NCBI GenBank assembly: GCA_027625315.1 | Contig: JAQBWE010000001.1 | Coordinates: 1 to 43,602 of the forward strand | Length of the DNA stretch: 43,602 nt | Origin: Planctomycetota bacterium | GTDB lineage: Bacteria; Planctomycetota; PLA2; JAEUHO01 | Direction of reading: 5' to 3' | Shown: positions 1 through 6,474 of the stretch, piece by piece | Numbering within the stretch: the stretch's first letter is position 1 | Layout: every line of letters begins with the position of its first letter | The notes under the pieces: model-generated | The model's input: only the letters and a program-made list of their open reading frames with translations | The model's database searches: none | What the model was told of the DNA's origin: nothing | Made by a program: the position numbers and the translations under genes

Positions 1-160
1 CTCGCGGGGGCCCTACCCCGCGTCGTCCTAGCCGGCTGCCCCACACCCTCGCCCCACGAACCCGATCGCTAGCGGATGAGCCCTGATCCGGCACTCGGAC
101 GCAGGATCGCGGCGCGCGTCGCCCCGCCCCCGTCGCAGAAGAGGGTGAACGGATACCCCT
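1..160 (+). repeat. Dispersed intergenic repeat R1, copy A (possibly truncated by the window edge)
   Basis: nt 1-70 are base-for-base identical to 40442-40511. An ungapped alignment continues at roughly three quarters identity to ~160 vs ~40601. It contains the hairpin cgcgggg-N6-ccccgcg (3-22) and the palindrome gatcc..ggatc (85-108). Confidence 0.9.
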
Positions 161-170
161 CGACGTACGC

Positions 171-213
171 GTTCACCTCCCATACGCGGCTACGCCGCGT
201 ATGGGAGGTGAGC
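171..213. other. Near-perfect inverted repeat / stem-loop (18 perfect bp plus G.U and G-C, 3-nt loop tac)
   Basis: 173-190 tcacctcccatacgcggc is the exact reverse complement of 194-211 gccgcgtatgggaggtga. The right arm carries an SD-like GGAGGTGA and the left arm an anti-SD-like CACCTCC. Confidence 0.9.
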
Positions 214-230
214 ACGTACCCCTCCACGCT

Positions 231-260
231 GCGGTACAGAAGGGGGCGGTACAGAAGGGG
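231..260. repeat. Perfect 15-bp tandem direct repeat x2 (gcggtacagaagggg)
   Basis: 231-245 and 246-260 are identical. The repeat lies ~80 nt upstream of the M48 peptidase start codon. Confidence 0.9.
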
Positions 261-337
261 CGTTCCGTGCGGAGACTGCATTCCGGACGCCCGCGGACCG
301 ACGGTTCTCATGAACCCCATCGAATCAAGGAGACCCC

Positions 338-1135
338 ATGCGCTATCGTCGCGCCTTGCCGTATGCCGTAGGCCTCGTGGCCTGCACGTTGTTCCTGGGC
401 GCCCTTGGCGCTAGCTGCAGCAGCGTTCCGTACAGTGATCGCGACCAGCTGCGGCTCCTGCCTGAGTCCCAGGAACTCGCCATGGGCATCCAGGCCTACG
501 ACGAGATCCTCAAGGGGAAGCCCATTGAGGTCGGCACGCCGGACGCCGAGATGGTGAATCGCGTGGGCCGCCGTCTGGCGGCGGTTGCGGGGCGCGACTT
601 CGCGTGGGAGTTCAAGCTGGTCAAGGAAGACCAGACGATCAACGCCTTCTGCTTGCCCGGCGGCAAGATTGCCATCTACACGGGCATCCTGCCCTACACG
701 CAGAACGAGGATGGCCTGGCGGCGGTCATGGGGCACGAGATCGGCCACGCGCTCGCGCGCCACGGCGGCGAACGTGTGAGTCAGCAGATGTTGAGCGAGA
801 CCGCTCTGACGATCGTCCAGGCCGGGCTCGGCCACGCCAGTCCGGCCGCGCAGGCGCCCATCATGGCGGCGCTCGGGCTTGGCACGCAGGTGGGAATCAT
901 GCTGCCGTACTCGCGCCTTCACGAGCACGAGGCGGATTCGATCGGCCTGCGGCTCATGGTGCGGGCGGGATTCGATCCCCACGAGGCCGTGCGACTGTGG
1001 GAGCGGATGGCCGCCGCACCGGGCGAGAGGCCCGCGGAGATGCTCTCGACGCATCCTGAGCCGCTGGAGCGCGCGAAGCGCATCGCGGAGCAGATCCCCT
1101 CGGTCGTCTCAGCAGAGCGAGCGGCCGGCCGCTGA
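338..1135 (+). CDS. M48 family zinc metallopeptidase, probable lipoprotein
   Basis: HEIGH zinc motif (GHEIGHALARH) with downstream HEHEADSIG. N-terminal signal with a lipobox-like LGASC. AAGGAG RBS 7 nt upstream of the ATG. Confidence 0.85.
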   Translation: MRYRRALPYAVGLVACTLFLGALGASCSSVPYSDRDQLRLLPESQELAMGIQAYDEILKGKPIEVGTPDAEMVNRVGRRLAAVAGRDFAWEFKLVKEDQTINAFCLPGGKIAIYTGILPYTQNEDGLAAVMGHEIGHALARHGGERVSQQMLSETALTIVQAGLGHASPAAQAPIMAALGLGTQVGIMLPYSRLHEHEADSIGLRLMVRAGFDPHEAVRLWERMAAAPGERPAEMLSTHPEPLERAKRIAEQIPSVVSAERAAGR

Positions 1136-1163
1136 GGAAGCGCGGGGTTCGGCGGCTGGAGGG

Positions 1164-1169
1164 GTAGAA
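1164..1169 (+). promoter_or_regulatory. Possible -10 box TAGAAT upstream of trkA
   Basis: TAGAATCG lies 32 nt upstream of the trkA ATG. The same octamer recurs at 4253 upstream of the next transcription unit. No convincing -35 was seen. Confidence 0.25.
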
Positions 1170-1200
1170 TCGCGCAGCGTTCGGCGGGGGCTCGAGTTGC

Positions 1201-2565
1201 ATGCGCATTCTGATTGGCGGCGAAGACGAAGTCGCCTTCCGCCTCGTGGAGGCGCTGATGGGCGGTCATGCGATCACCCTCGTCTGCCCCCAGAACGACA
1301 AGAACGAGGCGCGCATGGCGCGCATGGACGTTCGCCGAGTGGCGGGCACGATGACCTCGCCCCCGGTGCTGCGCCAAGCCGGCGTAGACGACGCCGACAT
1401 CTTCATTGGCTGCTCGCCCGTCGATGAGCGCAATCTCGTCGCGTGCGTCAGCGCCAAGCGCCTGGGCGCGCGGCGGAGCATCTGCTTTCTTATGCGGCCC
1501 GAGCTCCAGCTGCCGGACGAAGATGCCGCGGGCCTCGCCGAGAGCCTGGGTGTGGATGAGATCGTCCGTCCCGGCCAGCAGCTGGCCGAGGAGATCCTGC
1601 GGATCATCGCAGTGCCTGGCGCGCTCGACGTGCAGGTGTTCGCAGGGGGCCGAGTCCACCTCCTGCGTTGCGCCGTCGAGCCGGATGCGCCCATCACGCG
1701 GGGCGTGCTGAAGGACGTCGGCGTCCCGCCGGGCGTCGTGCTCGTGATGGCGCGGCGCGGCGAGGAGGCCTTCGTCCCCAAGGGTGATACGCGCTTCGAG
1801 GCCGGCGACAAGCTGACTACCATGGGCAGCACCGCCGGAACGAGCCGTCTGCTCGCCCGCTACTTGCGCACCCCTTCGGCCCACACCGATCGCCACGATG
1901 CGACCGTGGTGGGGGGCGGAACCGTGGGAATCGCGGTCGCGCTCGGTCTGGAGGAGGCCGGGTGGGACGTGCGGATCATTGAGGCCGATCGTGGACGCTG
2001 CGAGGAGATCGCCACAGTGGTCACGGGGCTCGTGCTCCACGGCGATGGCACGGACCTCGATCTGCTTCAGGCGGAGCGAATCGGGGAACGCCCCCTGCTG
2101 GTCGCAGTGACGAGCAACGACGAGAAGAACCTGCTCGTATCGCTCCTCGCGAAGAGTCTCGGTGTGGAGCGCATCGTCACGCGCGCAGATCACCTGTCCA
2201 ACGAGCGGCTGTTCGAGAAGGTCGGCATCGACGTGGTCCTGTCAGCGCGCGGGGCCGCGGTGCGCTCCGTCCTGCGCAGCCTCGAGCTGACGCCGTCGGA
2301 GATGCTCGCGGAGGTCGAGCACGGCGACGCGGAGGTCTTGGAGCTCGTGCTGCCTGATGATCTGCCCGCCATCCCCCTGGCGAGCATGAAGAGCGAGCTG
2401 TTGGGCATCATCGGAGCGATCTTGCGCAAGGGTCAGGTCATCATTCCGCGCGGCAGCGACAAGGTGCAGGGCGGTGATCATCTGCTCGTGTTCTGCCTGC
2501 GCGCAGTGGAAGCCGACGTGCGTGACTTCTTTCTGCGCCGATTGCGCGACTTGGCCGAGGAGTAG
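1201..2565 (+). CDS. trkA: Trk potassium uptake system, NAD-binding peripheral subunit TrkA (two RCK modules)
   Basis: Two tandem RCK_N/RCK_C halves. The second Rossmann motif is intact (VVGGGTVGIAVALGL). It lies directly upstream of trkH with a 5-nt gap. Confidence 0.85.
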   Translation: MRILIGGEDEVAFRLVEALMGGHAITLVCPQNDKNEARMARMDVRRVAGTMTSPPVLRQAGVDDADIFIGCSPVDERNLVACVSAKRLGARRSICFLMRPELQLPDEDAAGLAESLGVDEIVRPGQQLAEEILRIIAVPGALDVQVFAGGRVHLLRCAVEPDAPITRGVLKDVGVPPGVVLVMARRGEEAFVPKGDTRFEAGDKLTTMGSTAGTSRLLARYLRTPSAHTDRHDATVVGGGTVGIAVALGLEEAGWDVRIIEADRGRCEEIATVVTGLVLHGDGTDLDLLQAERIGERPLLVAVTSNDEKNLLVSLLAKSLGVERIVTRADHLSNERLFEKVGIDVVLSARGAAVRSVLRSLELTPSEMLAEVEHGDAEVLELVLPDDLPAIPLASMKSELLGIIGAILRKGQVIIPRGSDKVQGGDHLLVFCLRAVEADVRDFFLRRLRDLAEE

Positions 2566-2570
2566 GCGGC

Positions 2571-4031
2571 GTGCGTCTCGGCCTCGTATTCGGGTTGATC
2601 GGACAGTTGTTGCGACTGTTCTCGGCCGCGTTTCTTGTGCCGCTTGGCCTAGCTCTCGCTGAAGGCGACTATGTCACCGCGGGCCACTTTGCCATCTCGC
2701 TTGCGATCGCCGCGGGGACGGGCTGGCTGCTGGGCCGCCGGCTGCCCGCGGAGCCGCTCCTGCAACGTGCTGAGGCGCTGGCGATCGTCGCGGGCACTTG
2801 GTTGGTCGTGGCCGCGTTTGCCGGATTGCCCTACGTGTTCGCCGGCATCCCGCCCGTCGACGCGATGTTCGAGTCCATGTCGGGCCTGACGACAACGGGT
2901 GCCACGATTCTGGAGGACTTCAGCGCCTACGGCGACCCGTTCTTCCTCTGGCGCGCGATGACGCAGTGGTTCGGCGGCCTGGGTGTGATCGCCCTGTTCG
3001 TCGTCGTGCTGCCGCGCCTTGGCATCGCCGGGCGCCAGCTCTTCTTCGCCGAGGCGTCCATCAGCACCTCGGAGGGCATCAGTCCGCAGATTCGCGGTGC
3101 AGCACGCAAGCTCTGGGTCGTGTATGTGGGCCTGACGGTGATCCAGGCCGCATTGCTATATGTCGTCGACTTCAGCATCTTCGATGCTGTCGTCCACGCA
3201 TTGACGACCATGTCGGCGGGGGGGTTCTCTCCGCATCCTCGCTCGATCGAGGGCTACGCGAACCCGCGCGCCGAGTGGGTGTTTATCGTCTTCATGGTGC
3301 TGTCCGGCACGAGCTTCCCACTGCTCTGGCGTCTCGCGTCGGGGCGGGTCCTGGAGTTCTTCCGGGACGGCGAGTTCCTCGTCTACCTCACGTTCATGGT
3401 GCTCGCCTCGCTGGTCGTGGCTTGGATGCGCGGCGGACTGCTGCCGGGGATCGATCACCTCCGGGCCGCGGCGTTCCAAGTGGCCAGCATCACCTCCTCG
3501 ACCGGCTACGCGAGCGAGGACTATGAGCTGTGGGCGTGGGGTCCCAAGGCAGTCTTGCTCGTAGTCCTGCTGATGGGCGGCTGCGCCGGCTCGGCCTGCG
3601 GTGGCCCGAAGGTCATCCGCTGGATTCTGACGTTCAAGTTCCTGCGCCGCGAGATGACGCAGACGCTTCATCCGACGGCCGTCATGCCGCTGCGTTACCG
3701 CCGCCGACCCATCGGGGCGCCGATCGCCCGGGCCGTGCTGACGCTGATTCTCTTATATGTCCTCGGGTACATCATCGTCGGGCTGCTCCTCATGATGACC
3801 GAGCCGAACCTCGACCTCTCGACCGCCTTCTCGGCCAGCCTCGCGTGCTTCGGGAACGTCGGCCCGGCGTTCGGTGCAGCGGGTCCGATGGGCAACTACA
3901 CGTGGTTCACCACCGCCGGGAAGTTGCTGCTCACTGCGAGCATGTGGCTGGGCCGGCTCGAGATCGTCACCGTGATCGCCCTGCTCCAGCGCGACGTCTG
4001 GAAGCACACGCGCTGGGGCATGGGACGCTAG
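2571..4031 (+). CDS. trkH: Trk-type potassium transporter membrane subunit TrkH
   Basis: Polytopic membrane protein with TrkH-type pore-loop motifs (MSGLTTTGAT, TTMSAGGFS, ITSSTGYAS, FGNVGPAFG). GTG start 5 nt after the trkA stop. Confidence 0.9.
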   Translation: MRLGLVFGLIGQLLRLFSAAFLVPLGLALAEGDYVTAGHFAISLAIAAGTGWLLGRRLPAEPLLQRAEALAIVAGTWLVVAAFAGLPYVFAGIPPVDAMFESMSGLTTTGATILEDFSAYGDPFFLWRAMTQWFGGLGVIALFVVVLPRLGIAGRQLFFAEASISTSEGISPQIRGAARKLWVVYVGLTVIQAALLYVVDFSIFDAVVHALTTMSAGGFSPHPRSIEGYANPRAEWVFIVFMVLSGTSFPLLWRLASGRVLEFFRDGEFLVYLTFMVLASLVVAWMRGGLLPGIDHLRAAAFQVASITSSTGYASEDYELWAWGPKAVLLVVLLMGGCAGSACGGPKVIRWILTFKFLRREMTQTLHPTAVMPLRYRRRPIGAPIARAVLTLILLYVLGYIIVGLLLMMTEPNLDLSTAFSASLACFGNVGPAFGAAGPMGNYTWFTTAGKLLLTASMWLGRLEIVTVIALLQRDVWKHTRWGMGR

Positions 4032-4041
4032 CCCGGATGGG

Positions 4042-4091
4042 AGCGCGAAGTTCCGTTGCATCTCGGACGTGCGGCGGCCTGGGCTGGGGCG
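4042..4091 (+). repeat. Dispersed repeat R2, copy A, 10 nt downstream of the trkH stop
   Basis: 48/50 identical to the reverse complement of 27855-27904. Confidence 0.9.
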
Positions 4092-4252
4092 CCGACCGCT
4101 GTCGAGCGGGCCTCGCCTCTGCATCCGCCTCGCCCCCGGTTCCCCGGATGCTCATGGCAGTGAACTTCTGGCGCACGACACTGGTCGTACACCGCCAGGG
4201 CCTGCAGCGCAGCGCCAGCGCGATTGGGCCTGGGTCTGTGCAGCCTGCGCGC

Positions 4253-4258
4253 TAGAAT
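4253..4258 (+). promoter_or_regulatory. Possible -10 box TAGAAT upstream of the TlpA-like gene
   Basis: TAGAATCG lies 34 nt upstream of the ATG at 4292. This is the same octamer seen at 1164. Confidence 0.25.
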
Positions 4259-4291
4259 CGGTCAGCGCGCGAGGCGCGGGCGGAGAGAACC

Positions 4292-5215
4292 ATGCACGAG
4301 CGCCCTAAGAGTCAGCAGCGCCCTAAGAGTCAGCAGCGCGCTGAGAAGCAGCAGCGCCCCGGACGGATGTGGCTCGTCGCGGCGGGCCTGAGCTTGCTCG
4401 TCGGCGCCGTGGGTTGGAGTTTGGTTGGCACCCTGGCGGAAGCCGCGGGCTGGCGTGACCTGACCGGTCGGATGGCGCCGGACCTCGACCTGCGCGAGAG
4501 CGCCAACGGCATCACCCCGGGCACGAGCCTCGCGTCTTACCGAGGGAAGAGTGTCGTCGTGCTCGCCTTCTGGCTTCGGGACTGCCCACACTGCCTGCGG
4601 GAAATGCCGAAGATCCAGGCACTGCACGACCTCCACCATCGCTCAGGGCTGCAAATCATTAGCATCTGCCACAACAACTTCACGCTTGCCGAGACGACGC
4701 CGGTGATGGCCCAGCGCGGCTGGACCTTCCCGATCGCGCGAGACACGGATGGGCAGATGTCGGCGGCGTACGGCAATGGCCGCCGGCCTGGCTTCTACGT
4801 GATTGGCGTGGATGGACGCGTGAAGGCGAGCAACTCCCTGCCGGATCGCGTGATCCTTGCTGAGCTGGCCCGCTGGCGGCTGCACGAGCTCGGCGCCGTC
4901 CCGGAGGCGCTCGACTCCGCGCGCTCCCATGTGGAGAGCGGCGATTACGGCGCAGCGCTCCGCGCGGCCGAGGCGGCCAGCAAGCGCAGCGACGCCAGCG
5001 CTGATGTCCGGGCCGGCGCGGCGCGGATCGAGGCGATCGCCGGCGAGAAGCTTCAGAACCGGGTCGAGCGGGCCCAAGACTGGTACCGCGAGGGCGATGT
5101 GAAGCGGGCGCGTGAAGAGTACGAAGGCATGCTCGCTACCTTCGAGGGCACGGCGCTTGAGAGTCGAGCCCGCACGCTACGCGACCAGTTTGTCGCGCGG
5201 GCCGGGGGCGGCTAG
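4292..5215 (+). CDS. TlpA/ResA-like thiol-disulfide oxidoreductase, membrane anchored, with a helical TPR-like C-terminal extension
   Basis: CPHC active site in a redoxin context (VVVLAFWLRDCPHCLREMPK). One N-terminal TM helix. GGAGAG RBS. Confidence 0.75.
   Translation: MHERPKSQQRPKSQQRAEKQQRPGRMWLVAAGLSLLVGAVGWSLVGTLAEAAGWRDLTGRMAPDLDLRESANGITPGTSLASYRGKSVVVLAFWLRDCPHCLREMPKIQALHDLHHRSGLQIISICHNNFTLAETTPVMAQRGWTFPIARDTDGQMSAAYGNGRRPGFYVIGVDGRVKASNSLPDRVILAELARWRLHELGAVPEALDSARSHVESGDYGAALRAAEAASKRSDASADVRAGAARIEAIAGEKLQNRVERAQDWYREGDVKRAREEYEGMLATFEGTALESRARTLRDQFVARAGGG
4301..4354 (+). repeat. 18-bp in-frame tandem repeat x3 (two perfect, one degenerate)
   Basis: cgccctaagagtcagcag occurs at 4301-4318 and 4319-4336, followed by the degenerate cgcgctgagaagcagcag. 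It encodes RPKSQQ-RPKSQQ-RAEKQQ. Confidence 0.9.
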
Positions 5216-5361
5216 GCCGCCAGCGCGGTGACAGGTCCATGACCCGGACGACGCGCGGACCTCTTGGGACCACACGAGAGCGTTCAGAGGCGCATCATTC
5301 GCGCTGGGCGACCTGGGAGATGGGGTGGTACCCTGCCCGCGCTTCGAGGGAGGAGCTGCCG

Positions 5362-6459
5362 ATGGTCCGCACCGCGTCTTGGATCTGCTTGGTACTCGTT
5401 TTGGTCAGCGTCGTCGCCTGTGCTGGTCCCCGCGCCGGCTGCGAAGCTACCTGCCAGCCGGCGTGCGCCTGCTCGGACGAGCCGGGCCCGCAGCCCTGCG
5501 ACCGCCCGCCCGAGGCCAAGCCTGGCGAGGCCTGGTGTCCCGTTTGGATTCCGCCGGTCTACGAGACCCAGACCACGCGTGTGTGCGTGTGTCCGGAGTC
5601 CTGCCGCACGATCCGCATCGCGGCTGAGTACGGGACGCTACCTGAGCTCGTTTGCGTTGCGCCGGCGAAGATGACGGAAGTCATCACTCCGGCTGTGTAC
5701 GAGACGAAGAAGGAAGACGTCTGTGTGCGCGGGCCCCGCGAGGTGTTCCGCCGCGTTGAGTGCGAGAGCGGCGTCGCTGGCGATTGCGAACGCCAGGGTG
5801 AGTGCTGGGTCAAGCAGGACTGTCCCCCCGTGTTCGAGACGCGCGAGCGCCACGTCTGTGTCGCCCCGCCGCGCAAGACGATCAAGTGGACGCCCGCCAA
5901 GTACGAGCTGCGCGAGAAGCGCTTCGTCGTCAAGCCTGAGCGCTGCGGCAAAGAAGTCGTTGCCGCGCAGTACGAGGACCGCACCTGCACCGTTTGCGTC
6001 AGCTGCGGCCGCTGGGAGTGGCGTCGCAATGACAACTGCATCGTCCCCGTCGAGGGGCTGCCGGCCCTCGAGGTCGAGATGGTCGACAGTGATCCCGACG
6101 GGAACCCTGAGGGTGTGTTCTCGATGGGCAGCATCGTGCGCTACGACCTGACCGTGCGGTCAGATGTCGGCAGCGAGGCGTTCCCGACCATTAAGGTCGT
6201 GTTCGCACTGCCGGAGCACCTCCAGTTCATCTCGGGCCAGGGCATGGGTGTCGCCATCACGGGCGAGGGCCAGAACGCCAAGAGCAGCTCGTTCAAGTTG
6301 AGCATCGACCAGGAAGTGAAGATGCACATCCTGGCTCGCGTGCTGAGTGTCCCGACCACTGCTTACGTGCAGACGACCGCCTCGATTCAGACCGACGCAG
6401 GCGAAGAGCTGGCTACTGAGACCGAGAGCACGACGCTCTCCAACTCCATCGCCAAGTAG
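5362..6459 (+). CDS. Cysteine-rich repeat lipoprotein with a C-terminal DUF11-like beta domain
   Basis: Signal plus lipobox (LVSVVAC). Six ~24-aa repeats of the type P-x-Y-E-T-x4-V-C-V-x-P. The C-terminal ~130 aa resemble the DUF11/OmcB-type repeat domain. The start was moved to the internal ATG 5362, preceded by GAGGGAGGAG. Confidence 0.7.
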   Translation: MVRTASWICLVLVLVSVVACAGPRAGCEATCQPACACSDEPGPQPCDRPPEAKPGEAWCPVWIPPVYETQTTRVCVCPESCRTIRIAAEYGTLPELVCVAPAKMTEVITPAVYETKKEDVCVRGPREVFRRVECESGVAGDCERQGECWVKQDCPPVFETRERHVCVAPPRKTIKWTPAKYELREKRFVVKPERCGKEVVAAQYEDRTCTVCVSCGRWEWRRNDNCIVPVEGLPALEVEMVDSDPDGNPEGVFSMGSIVRYDLTVRSDVGSEAFPTIKVVFALPEHLQFISGQGMGVAITGEGQNAKSSSFKLSIDQEVKMHILARVLSVPTTAYVQTTASIQTDAGEELATETESTTLSNSIAK

Positions 6460-6474
6460 CCGCACCCGCCGCGG

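Noticed and set aside
69-414. ORFs 76-414(+) and 69-320(-) covering repeat R1 copy A.
   Set aside because: They span hairpins and tandem repeats and have Arg/Pro-rich composition. The homologous R1 copy at 40442 does not preserve either reading frame.
919-2193. 424-aa ORF on the minus strand opposite trkA.
   Set aside because: The sequence is Arg/Ala/Gly/His-rich and low in complexity, with no motifs. It fully overlaps a gene with clear TrkA domain structure. This is a typical antisense shadow ORF of GC-rich DNA.
3753-4124. ORFs beginning MQRNFAL at 3753-4124(-) and 27885-28676(+), which looked like a shared small gene.
   Set aside because: The shared N-terminus is simply the translation of the 50-bp R2 repeat. 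Beyond the repeat the ORFs run antisense into trkH and the tricorn-like gene and lose all similarity.
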